Part shown: positions 34,709 through 45,881 of the stretch, in pieces
Position numbering within the stretch: the stretch's first letter is position 1
Layout of the letters: every line of letters starts with the position of its first letter
NCBI RefSeq assembly: GCF_004010195.1
Contig: NC_057719.1
Coordinates: 30,815,001 to 30,879,000 of the forward strand
Reading direction: 5' to 3'
Source of the DNA: Chiloscyllium plagiosum
Taxonomy: Eukaryota
Length of the DNA: 64,000 nucleotides
The notes under the pieces: model-generated
The model's database searches: none
What the model was told of the DNA's origin: nothing
Seen by the model: the letters and a program-made list of their open reading frames with translations, nothing else
Position numbers and translations under genes: made by a program

Positions 34709-36830
34709 TGTAGTGATTGGGACCAGGTTGACCTGATTGACTACAAGGGTCTTGATTGGGGTTGTTAACCTGGACGAATTAGGAAAGCCTTGACTGACTA
34801 ATGTAACTAGGAGATTAGAATCTCCTCAGTTGAGGACTGACTCAAAGCTGGCTGGCCATAGCCAGTGTACTGCGGGGGAAGGAAGTTCCCTGGACAAAAA
34901 TATTAATATATAAAACCAGGAGATTATAGTCCCCTAAATTGAGGACTGACTCCAAGTTGGCTGGCAATAAAATATATATAATCAGGAGATTAGAATCTCC
35001 TCAGTTGAGGACTGACTCTGAGCTGGCTGGCCACAGCCACTGTACTGTGCATTAGTAAATAAAGTGAGACTTGGTGACAGGACCCGGCTGTTATTTCAGT
35101 GGGAATGGGAGAACAGGTCGCACCTGAGGAACATTAATTTACAACTGTCATCTTAGAGTTGTGGTAAACATTTCTGGCATCATCCCTCTACTTGGGAAGC
35201 TTGACTCATTTGACCCTGCTGTCAAAGACGGGGTCCAGTATGTTGAGAGAATGCAATATCCTTTTTAGGCAAATGACATTGGGGCAGATGAAAAGCAATG
35301 AGTGATTCTTCTGACTGTGCGTAGACCTGCTGAATTTTTGGTTACAAGGCGCTTGGGTTTCCCAGAGGCACCTGACACTAAAACCTTCAAAGGGTTGCCA
35401 GTGTTGATTAAGGAATATTATGACCACAAACTTCCTCAAATCCTGAGATGCTATCGGTTTTATACGGAAGGTTTGGCAGTCATATTTGGTGTGAGGAAGT
35501 TCCACCAGTACCTCTACGGATGGGAATTTATCATAGTCACAGATCACAAACACCTGCTAGGGTTACTGAAGGAAGGTAGTGCCACTCATAGAATTCCGTT
35601 AGAATTCAGCATTGGGCCCTGATTCTTGGCTCGCACAAGAACAAGGTAGAACACCATCCAGGAAGCCAAGTGGCTAATGCCTCCCACTAGCTGATACTAC
35701 ACTGGTGTTGCGTCCCCTGGAATAGTCCATTTTGGTTTTAAACTTTCCTGCCACCCTTCCAGTCATCACGGACAATATCCAGCTGTGAACACAAAAACAT
35801 TCTGTCCTAGCAAAATGGTGGTACTGGGGTAACGGAAAGGCCATTGCAAACAGGATTGAAACTTTTTTGGACCTGGCGAGATGGGATCACGTAGAGTACA
35901 GCATATTACTATGGGGAACAAAGGTGCTTGTCCTGAGTAAAGGTTGTCGCCAGGTACTCGTCGAACTCCACCAGGGGTCTCCAAGATGAAGATGCTAGCA
36001 AGAAGCTATGTCTGGTAGCCAAGGTTGAATGCCAACATAGCCATGTTGGTGGGGCAGTGCCCAGGTTGCCAACAAGGACTAAAATTGCCATTAGCATCAC
36101 CTCCCACATTTGTGGGCTTGACCAGGTAAACCCTGGACTCTGTTGCTTGTCGTCTATGCCAGTCCTTTCATGGGTTTAATGTTCCTGGTCATTGTGGATG
36201 CCCATTCAAAGTAGTTAGATGTGCATAACGTTTGGTCAGCAAACTCAGGGATGATGACTGAGAAGCTGCGAGCATTGCTAATGATACTCGGATTCCAGGA
36301 AGTACTGGTCATGGACAATGGGATGTCATTTACCAGCAGGGAATTTGAATATTTCCTAAAGTCCAATGGCATTTGGCATTAAAGGACAGCTCCATACTAT
36401 CCATCATCCAATAGTCTAGTGGAAAGAATGGTTGAAGGCAGGCTTAAAGAAGCAGCCTACAGCATCAATTGAGATCAAACTGTCCCAGTTCCTGTTAATA
36501 GGACCACCCCACACACAATAATAAGGATAGCTCCAGCCGAGTTGCTGACGGGGAGGAGTCTCCACACCAGGTTAAACCTGATATTTACACAGCTGGGGGG
36601 GAAAATGGTAGCAGGAATGCCAATGCCAGGCAAATTCTTCCTCTAAGCAAGAGAGACAATTTAATTCAGGGGATAAAGTTTGATGCTGGAGCCATGGAAA
36701 TAGCCTTGTATGGATACAAAGTGAGATTGATGTGAGGTCAAGTCTCATGACTTACAAAGTTCGGGTAGCTGATCCAATCCTAAACAAACATGTGGATCAC
36801 CTGAAAACCATTATCTTGCAAACAGGGCAG
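34709..36830 (+). mobile_element. Internally deleted Ty3/Gypsy element: 5' LTR (34709-35098), gag N-terminus fused to RNase H, integrase; no 3' LTR seen
   Basis: TG...TTATTTCA LTR with AATAAA; PLLGKLDSFDP...YVERM...ANDI gag; EGLAVIFGVRKFHQYLYG..FIIVTDHK RNase H; KMLARSYVW, FLVIVDAHSK*LDV, DNGMSFTSREF, RTAPYYPSSNSLVER integrase. Confidence 0.9.
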
Positions 36831-37419
36831 GAGCAAAACATGGCCCCTCAGAACAGTTAGAAGCCCTGTCTTAAACTGCAGGTGCTCCCCCTCTGTATAG
36901 TGTCGAGAAAGCCTCAGAGTCCGAAATGGATGCAGCCTCGATACAGGTACTGCCGAAAGAAGAGGAGAAGACTCTTCCAAGATGTTCTGGGCACAAGAGA
37001 TGGGCCACGATCCATCGTGTCTGAGTGTCTGAGTTCGAGTCGGAGGAACTAGACCTAGGGCTGCTATTACCGTAAACATCTGAGGTTTCTTTGGAGAAGC
37101 AACATGAGCAGAAGAATCAAAAACCATAATTGCTGGAAATACTTAGCAGGTCTGGCAGCATCTGTGGAGATGCAACTTCCAGCCATTTCGGTCTTTGATT
37201 CCGATTTCCAGCAGACACAGTTCTTCCAGGGTTTTTTTTAATCTGTGTCAACTTGATGTTGCTTTCAGGAGATCTGTGGAGATAGCAATGACATACAAAT
37301 AGTTATATCTGTCAAGGATACAGCTTCTATCTTGCTTTTGTCTCCCTTGTTATATTGTTTACTACATACCTGGGTGAGCATGAATTAACAAACTGGTGAA
37401 AACTCCATTTCATTCTCCT

Positions 37420-37795
37420 AGTTCCTCAGTCTCCATTGAGTCTGTTTTGATAAAATCAGCTTCTTTAAGGGGCCTCTAAATTGTCCACCTTCTTCCTAAA
37501 CCAAGGATTCCTCACCACTGTGGTTGACAGGGCCTTAGCCGTGTTCAACCTATCTCCCAGACTTCAGCCACCACTTATTGCCTTCTCTCCCACAACAGTG
37601 ATAGGGTCATCCTTGTCCTCATTTACCATCCTCCCTGCATCCACATCCAAAGATGCATTAGCTGCTATTTCTGCCACCTCCTGCAGATGCTATCACCACA
37701 CTCTTATTCCCCTCCCCTCCTTTGCCAGCATTCCACAGGGACTGTTCCCTCCAGGATACTTTGGTCCACTCCTCCTCCATTCCACTCATGCCCAC
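37420..37795 (+). mobile_element. Old PLE thumb/linker fragment
   Basis: STFFLNQGFLTTVVDRAL...DRVILVLIYHP, colinear with the reverse complement of 61200-61400. Confidence 0.62.
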
Positions 37796-37799
37796 TGAA

Positions 37800-38460
37800 G
37801 TGACTAGGGCCAAGGGCAGAACCTCAGAGTAAAGGATCAACCTTTTACAACAGAGATGAGGAGAAATTTCTTCAGCCAGAAAGTGGTTATCAGTGGAACT
37901 CATTACTGCAGAGTTCACTGGAGGCCAAGTCATTGAGTGTATTTAAGACAGAGATAGAAAGGGTCTTAATTATAGAGTCATAGAGATATACAGCACGGAA
38001 ACAGACCCTTCGGTCCAACTCCTCCATGCTGACTAGATATCCCAAACCAATCTAGTCCCACCTGCCAGCACCCGGCCCATTTCCCTCTAAACCCTTCCTA
38101 TTCATATACCTACCCAGATGCCTTTTAAATGTTGCAATCATACCAGCCTCCACCACTTCCTCTGGCAGCTCATTCCATACACGTACCACCCTCTGCGTGA
38201 AAAGGTTGCCCCTAGGTCTCTTTTATATCTTTCCCCTCTCGCCCTAAGCCTGTGCCCTCTAGTTCTGGACTCCCCCATTCCAGGGAAGAGACTTTGTCTA
38301 TTTATCCTATCCATGCACCTCATGATTTTATAAACATAGTAAGAGGATTGAGGGTTACTGGGAGAAGGCAGAAGAATGGGTTTGCAAATATGTTAGATGT
38401 GATTTAATGGCAGAGCAGATTCGATGGGCCAAATTCTGCTCCTGTATCTTATGATCCGAT
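37800..38460. mobile_element. CR1 3' end (+) interrupted by a younger CR1 3' end (-, ~37972-38334)
   Basis: RRNFFSQKVV remnant resumes at ~38336; insert starts with the ATAGAGTCATAGAG tail and encodes DRINRQSLFPGMGESRTRGH. Confidence 0.85.
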
Positions 38461-38567
38461 AGATTATATTTCAATTGGTAGCTTCACTGTCAGAAGAAAT
38501 TTCTCGAGATTATGATGCTGTACAAAGAGCTCAATATGCTTATAAATTGGTTCATGCAGGCACACAC

Positions 38568-38635
38568 TTTGAAAATTAAGGGAACATCCTTCAGAAACTT
38601 TCTTTTGGACCAAAGAAAGCATGAGTGAAAATTTC
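38568..38635 (-). CDS. Candidate exon (NFHSCFLWSKRKFLKDVPLIFK; alternative longer frame KFSLMLSLVQKK...HHNLEKFLLT to ~38488)
   Basis: Acceptor ttatttgcactcag, donor AAA/GTGTGT. Confidence 0.25.
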
Positions 38636-39229
38636 CTGAGTGCAAATAATAACTGCATTCATTCACAAGAAATGTCTGAAAGTCTGAAAAGTGTTTGCAT
38701 TTCAATAACTTCTCTTTGAACAAATGTTTCTTTTATGATGATCACTTCGAAGTAGTTGTGTCTGTTAAATCACAGGGTATGATTAGAAGGTCACACGGAA
38801 AGGCAGAAGGAATATGATTCAGTACAGTTGATTTAATTACATCATGAGATTAGGAGTGTAGACTGAGAATTGGTTAATGAACAGAAAACAGAGTAGGAGT
38901 AAAGAGGTCATGTTCAGGACAACTGCCTATAACTGCTGGGCCTAAGTTACTTATAATCAAATGGAAAATGCTTGTATTTAATATAATACTTAATATAATA
39001 AAATGTTGCTTCATCAGAGTATTAAACAAAACTGGACACAAACCTCACAGGCAAAATGGGGGCAAATGGTCGAAAGCTCAGTAAAGATATGAGTGTCTTA
39101 AATAATGAAAGGAAGGTGCAGAGGTTCAAAGAAGAAATTCCAGAGCTTAGAGTCTTGCAACTGAATTCAGGAACCAGTGGTAGAACAATTGATATCAGGG
39201 GCCAGGAAAAGTCCACTAATTATCTTCAT

Positions 39230-39960
39230 CCATGTCCAACTAATCACAACCAAAACCGACTAACCCTGACAATGCCAACTACACCTGACCTGTCGCCTCT
39301 ATTAACCAGACCAACAACTCACCTACCTAACTGCCTTGAACACCTCCATACACTTACACCTCCCAATATTCCACTTCACTGAACTACTCACCTTTCAAAG
39401 AATTAAAATACCCACTTTCTTTTTATTAGTTTATGAGAAGTGGGCATCACTGGCAATGTTGGTATTTATTGCTCATCCCTAATTGCCCTGTATAAGGTGG
39501 TGGTGAGACACCTTCTTGAACCACTGCAATCCTTGGGGTATAGGTACATTCACAATGGTACTAGGGAGGGAGTTGCAGGATTTTCTCCCAGTAACAACAT
39601 AGGAATGGTGATTATAGTTCCAAGTCAGGGTAGTGTGTGGCTTGAAGATACTTTGCCCATCCACAAATTTCAACCACCTACTCACTTCACCTACCTGCCT
39701 ACCTACCCACCCACATCTCTTAACTAATGACTTTCTCACCTATCCACCTTTACACCTACCCACCTACACACCCACCCTTTAACCCCCTATTAATCAACTC
39801 ACTTCATTCACTTCACTCACCTTACATACCTCACCCACTACCCAAATCACTCACACACCAAAATACTTACTTCACAGACCTACCCACCCACTCACCTCAT
39901 CTACTGTGCCACTCACCCACCTATCCATTCACTCGTTCATCTGTTCATTGACTGAGTCAT
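39230..39960. repeat. AC-rich low-complexity tract (CACCCACTCACC-like) split by an L2-like 3' tail (-, ~39420-39650)
   Basis: Strong C/A strand bias; insert is the reverse complement of the 51245-51485 type tail. Confidence 0.7.
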
Positions 39961-40493
39961 TTGCCGAAAGACTTGGACATTTAAAAATGACCTGAATACA
40001 GCAACAACTGTCATGAGAAGGAGACATGTTCTCTTTACATCTGTCTCTTCTTACGCTCAATGATCTTCCCCTTTGAAAGCCTTCACTGACTATGTGATGC
40101 TTCAACCTTGATGAAAAGACATGACTGAAAAATCATAAACGGGTTGGGTTGCAGAAAAATTTGCAAGCAGCGTTAGTGCTCTCAATATCAAATGAGTCAT
40201 TTTGTTCAAATGAGTCATTTTGTCTATTTGAACAAAATGTCTGCTTTTTCCATAATATATTTTACTCGTATCTGTCAGTATTGGGACAGCCAGTTCTTCA
40301 GCTACCTTGCCTGACAATTACTGCCCTTTCTTCATTCAATGCACTTGGATTGTCTCCTGTAACATTGCATTTAATTTATATTTTGTGCAGGCAGTAACAA
40401 TGATAATAAATTCAGGTTATCTGTCATTTATATTCACTACAGTGCACAGATGGTTCCTGATGATGGTCAATTAGATTTTGTAAATGTAATTAC

Positions 40494-40574
40494 CATGACA
40501 ACTAAAGAACATCTGATGATCTATAAAATCCACCAAGGTGTATACTGGCTCAGAGACATTACACAGTACAACCA
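40494..40574 (-). CDS. Candidate 81-nt exon (VVLCNVSEPVYTLVDFIDHQMFFSCH)
   Basis: Acceptor ctcttctttatatttcgaag, donor ATG/GTAATT, only one frame open (phase 1 to 1). Confidence 0.35.
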
Positions 40575-41200
40575 CTTCGAAATATAAAGAAGAGCTAATG
40601 GATCAAATCTTACCCTGGAAATAATTGTGTGGCTCCCCGTGATTAAGGAGCATATTTGAAACCAATTTCAAGTGTCTACACATCCACAGGAAAACAGAGA
40701 AATCAGGACATTGCTGCCTAAGTTGCCTAGCTCTTTGAGAGGCTTTGCTGCAATGATATCACACTGATACCAGTTTCAGCCTTCACATACATGAAACAGC
40801 TTGAACGTAACATGAAATATGAACATATGGATGACCCACAGATCATGAAGTGAGGATTCTTTATTCCCTAGCACAAAATTGCTCCAAAAATTAAGGGAAA
40901 TTATGGTCAAACAAGAAAGCATTTATCATAGATTCATGGACATTTAAAGCACAGAAAGAGGCCTGTTGGCCCATCATGTCCACATTAGTCAACAAAAGCC
41001 TGACCATATTAATTTTATTGTCCAGCTGTTGGCCCATAGCCCTGGAGGCTATGACAATGGAAATGGTTATTTAAATACTGCTTAAATGTTATGAGTGTTT
41101 CTGACTCAATCACCCTTGCAGACAATGAGTGCTGGACTTGCACCACACTCTGGTTGAAAACTTTATTCCCGACTCTCCTCTTAGCTTTCTCCTTCTTAGT

Positions 41201-41520
41201 GGGCGGCACGGTGGCACAGTGATTAGTACTGCTGCCTCACAGCACCAGAGACCCGGGTTCAATTCCCGCCTCAGGCAATTGACTGTGTGGAGTTTGCACA
41301 TTCTCCCCGTGTCTGCGTGGGTTTCCTCCGGGTGCTCCAGTTTCCTCCCACAGTCCAAAAATGTGCAGGTCAGGTGAATTGGCCATGCTAAATTGGCCAT
41401 AGTGTTAGGTAAGGGGTAAATGTAGGGGTCTGGGTGGGTTGCGCTTCGGCGGGGCGGTGTGGACTTGTTGGGCCGAAGGGCCTGTTTCCACACTGTAAGT
41501 AATCTAATCTAATCTAATCT
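41201..41520 (+). mobile_element. HE1-like tRNA-derived SINE, young full-length copy
   Basis: A box TGGCACAGTGA, B box GGTTCAATTCC, (TAATC)x4 tail, CpGs retained. Confidence 0.92.
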
Positions 41521-42477
41521 TATCTTAAATCCATGCCTTCTGCTTACCAATGCCTCAACTAATGGAAAAATGACTTCCTATCCACCATATCTGTGCCCTA
41601 ATAATCCTATATACCTCGATCAGATTTGCAGCTTCAGGAAAACAACCCTAGCCTATCCAATCTTTCCGCATATCTCAGATTTTCCAGTCCAGGCATAAAG
41701 GTTTATTTACTGTTCCCTCTCTAATGTAAGCACATCCGTTCTACAATGTGATGACTAAAATTCCAGTTGTGGCCTAATCAATGTTTTATTCAGTTCCAGA
41801 ATAACCTCCTTGTTTTTGTATTTAATGACTAGGCCATTAAAGTAAGGATCCTGTCTGGCATCTTAACTATTTTATCCACTTACCTGGCTGTCTTCTGCGA
41901 TCTGTACACAAAGGCCCCTTTGGTATTCAGTATATTCCAGGGTCCTAATTTTTATCATGTAATCCCTTGTCTTGTTATCCCTTCCCAGGTGCATCAGTCC
42001 ACAACTTATTCATTGAATTCTGTTTGCTGCTGCTCTGCCCAGCTGACCAGTCCCTTGGTACCCACCTACAGTTTACAACTATCCTTCTTGCTATGTACCA
42101 GCCTGACAATTTTTGTTTCATCCATTAACATCTCAATCAAACCCTTTCATTTAAATCCAAATTATTAATATACACCACAAACAGCATGAGCCCAAGCATC
42201 AAGCCCAGAAGAACCCCACTGAAAACAAACTTACAGTCACAGAAATATCTTTGTACCATCACTGCATGCCTCATGATTCTCAGTCAATTTTGGATCCAAC
42301 GTATCACTTTCCTATGGGCTCTTTGTCAACTTATCTGCCATGAGGGAACTTATCAAAAACCTCACAAAAGTCTACAGGTGATAGACTACATCAAATGCAT
42401 TGCTGTCATCAACACCCCTAGTTACCTCCTCAAAAATTCAATCAAATTTATCAAACAAATTTTCCCTTAACAAATAC

Positions 42478-44632
42478 TGCAGGGCAAGAGTTATAGCTGG
42501 GGGAAAGGCAATTACGATGTGATTAGGCAAGATTTAGGATGCATCGGACGGGGAAGGAAGCTGCAGGGGATGGGCACAACTGAAATGTAGAGCTTATTCA
42601 AGGAACAGCTACTGCAGGTCCTTCATAAGTATGTACCTGTCAGGCAGGGAGGAAGTTGTCGAACGCTGGAGCCGTGGTTTACTAAGGAATTTGAATCTCT
42701 TGTCAAGAGGAAGAAGAAGGCTTATGTTAGGATGAGATGTGAAGGCTTATTTAGGGCACTTGAGAGTTACAGGTTAGCCAGGAAAAACCTAAAGAAAGAT
42801 TTAAGAAGAGCCAGGAAGGGACATGAGAAGTCATTGGCGGATAGGAAAACCCTAAGGCTTTCTATTGGTATATCAGGAATAAAAGAATGACTAGAGTAAG
42901 ATTAGGGTCAATCAAGGATAGTAGTGGGAAGTTGTGCGTAGAATCAAAGGAAATAGGGGAAGTACTAAATGAATATTTTTCATCAGTATTCACACTCGAA
43001 AAAGACAATGTTGTCAAGGAGAATGCTGAGATATAGGCTACTAGACTAGATGGGATTAAGGTTCATAAGGAGGACATATTAGCAATTCTAGAAAGTGTAA
43101 AAATAGATAAGTCCCCTGGGCTGGATGGGATTTATACTAGAATTCTCTGGGAAGCCAGGGAGGTGATTGCCGAGCCTTTGGCTTTGATCTTTATGTCGTC
43201 ATTGTCTACAGGAATAATGCCAGATGACTGGAGGATAGAAAATGGTGTTCCCTTGTTCAAGAAGGGCAATAGAGATAACCCTGGTAATTATAGACCAGTG
43301 AGCCTTACTTTGTTTGTGGGTAAAGTGTTGGAAAAAGATTATAAGAGATAGAATTTAGAAAGAAATAAGTTGATTAGAAAGGAATAAGTTGATTAGGAAT
43401 AGTTAACATGATTTTGTGAAGGGTAAGCTGTGCCACAAACCTTATTGAGTTCTTTGAGAAGGTGACCAAACAGGTGGATGAGGGTAAAGCCATTGTGTGT
43501 GGTGTATATGTATTTCAGTAAGGCATTTAATAAGGTTCCCCACGGTAGTCTATTGCACAAAATATGGAGGCATGGGATTGAGGGTGATTTAGTAGTTTGG
43601 CGGGCTGAAAGAAGACAGAGGGTGGTGGTTGTTGGGAAATGTTCATCCTGGAGTTCAGTTACTAGTGGTGTACTGCAAGGATCTGTTTTGGGTCCACTGA
43701 TTTTTGTCATTTTTTAAACAACCTAGATGAGGGTGTAGAAGGATGGGTTAGTAAATTTATGGATGACACTAAAGTCGGTTGAGTTTTTGGTAGTGCAGAA
43801 GGATGTTGTAGGTTACAGAGGGACATAGATAAGCTGCAGAGCTGGGATGAGAGGTGGCAAGTAGAATTTAATGAGGAAAAATGTGAGGTGATTCAATTTG
43901 GAAGGAGCAACAGTAATGCAGGGTATTGGACTAATGGGAAGATTCTTGGTAGTGTAGATGAGCAGAGGGATCTCAGTGTCCATGTACATAGATTCCTGAA
44001 AGTTGCCACCCATGTTGATAGGGTTGTTAAGAAGGCATATGGTGTGTCAGCCTTTATTAGTAGAGGGATTGAGTTTCGGAACCGTGAGGTCATGCTGTAG
44101 CTGTATAAACTCTGGTACTGCCGCACTTTGAGTATTGCGTACAATTCTGGTCACCGCATTGTAGGGAGGATGCGGAAGCCTTAGAAAGGATATTTACTAG
44201 GATGTTGCCTGGTATGGAGGGAAGGTCTTACAAGGCAAAGCTGAGAGACTTGAGGCTGTTTTTGCTGGAGAGAAGAAGGTTGAGAGATTGACTTAATTGA
44301 GACATATAAGATAATCAGAGGGTAGGATAGGGTGGACAGTGACAGCCTTTTTCCTTAGATGGTGATGGCTAGCACAAGGGGGCATAGCTTTAAATTGATT
44401 GATATAGGACAGATGTCAGAGGTAGTTTCTTTACTCAGAGAGTATTAGGAGCGTGGAAGACACTGCCTGCAACAGTAGTTAACTCGCCAACTTTAAGGCC
44501 ATTTAAGTGGTCATTGGATAGACATATGGACAAAAATGGAATAGTGTAGGTTAGGTGGGCTTCAGATTGATTTCACAGGTTGGCTCAACATCGAGGGCCA
44601 AAGGCCCTGCTCTGCGCTGTAATGTTCTATGT
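42478..44632 (+). mobile_element. CR1 LINE ORF2, ~2.1 kb, frameshifted
   Basis: DKSPGLDGIY, PGNYRPVSLT, FSKAFNKVPH, QGSVLGPLIF, KFMDDTK; tail tgttctatg. Confidence 0.95.
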
Positions 44633-44887
44633 AAAACCATGCTGACTATCTCTGATTTAATCTATGTCTCTCCAATTGCAGATATATTCTGTCCGTCAGA
44701 GTTCTTTCTTTTTAATAACTTCCTCACGCCTGAAGCTAGAGTGACTGGGCTGTAAATTCCAGATCTACTCCTTCTCCTCTTTTTAATTGGGATACAATGT
44801 TACCAGTCCTCCAATCCTCTGGCATCTCCGAGAGGAGTTGAAAATCACTACTAGGGCCCCTGATATCTCCTCCAACAGCTTTGGATC

Positions 44888-45286
44888 AGGTTATTGTTCA
44901 ACAGGTTTATGTAAAATTGCAAGCTTTTGGAGCACTACTTCTTCATCAGGTGAAGTGGAGAGAGGCGCACAGTCACAGAATATGTTGGCAGAGAGATAGT
45001 GGCAAGATAATTCCGGGTATTTAAGAATGTCAACAGAATGTCAGCAAAAACTTCTTATTCAGCTGTCAACACTCTAATCACACTATTTGTACTCACCTGT
45101 TGGCATTCTTAAATACCCGGAATTATCTTGCCACTATCTCTCCATTTATATATTCTGTGCCTATGCACCTCTCTCCACTTCACTTAAAGATGGAGTAGCA
45201 CTCTGTGATTTTAAATAAACCAGTGTCTATAACCTAATGTCATGTCACTTTGTCCACCCAGTCCAACACTGGCATCTCCACATCAT
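44888..45286. mobile_element. Palindromic PLE-derived mini-element with decayed hammerhead
   Basis: Inner arms 44991-45036 / 45098-45143 match at 45 of 46 nt; minus strand CTGATGA-AGAAGTAGTGCTCC-AAAA-GCTT; ends with the PLE terminus ccagtccaacactggcatctccacatcat. Confidence 0.8.
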
Positions 45287-45666
45287 AAGATCCTGGGATA
45301 CATTTTTTTCAAGCCTGCATGCATGTATTTATCCACTTTTAGTCATAGAATCATAAATCCCTACAATGTGGAAAGAGGCCATTCAGCCCATTGACTCTGC
45401 ACTGATCCTCCAAAGAGGATTCCTCTCAGACTCAGGCCTACTCTATCCCTATAACTTGATGTTTGGATAACTGGGGTTGTTCTGTACTTTCGTTGCTTTC
45501 CTAATTCCCTTTATAAGATCCTCCTGCACTTTATTTATTGCACATAATGTATATGGATTATCGCCTGTGGTTTAAATTGGGTTGAAGAAGCCTTTGTCTG
45601 TTTGCTCCTTCTTCACAGGAGACCTTCTTTCCCCAAAAAACACCTTTTTTCCAGAGAAGGTCCAGT

Positions 45667-45881
45667 TGAAATAATTTCAGAGACTGGTATGCGGTCACCA
45701 AGTCATGCTTTATTTACATGTGAAGAGCCCTTGACACTGATCCAGCTCCCTCAGAGCCAGCTCTCAGAGTGAACAGGATATCTGACATTCTTGTTCTTAT
45801 CTGTCAGCCAGATTAACAGCCCTAATTAGGGAACTCATATTCTATGAGGTCCACCTGGCTGACCTCACTACAATCATCACA
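45667..45881 (-). mobile_element. Solo LTR related to the LTR at 34709-35098
   Basis: TGTGATGATTG...GTAAATAAAG..TGACTTGGTGAC...TTATTTCA; no clear TSD. Confidence 0.75.

Larger units (their letters stand above)
40928..45340 (-). mobile_element. Old CR1 LINE hosting a SINE, a younger CR1 and a PLE palindrome
   Basis: RT remnants 40928-41199, 41521-42474, 44633-44880 and 45288-45340 read colinearly (cccttaacaaa / aaaaccatgctgact junction). Confidence 0.75.

Noticed and set aside
41201..41275. tRNA gene (also 703-785, 10235-10308, 34325-34398)
   Set aside because: A/B boxes belong to SINE heads followed by SINE body and tail; no proper cloverleaf
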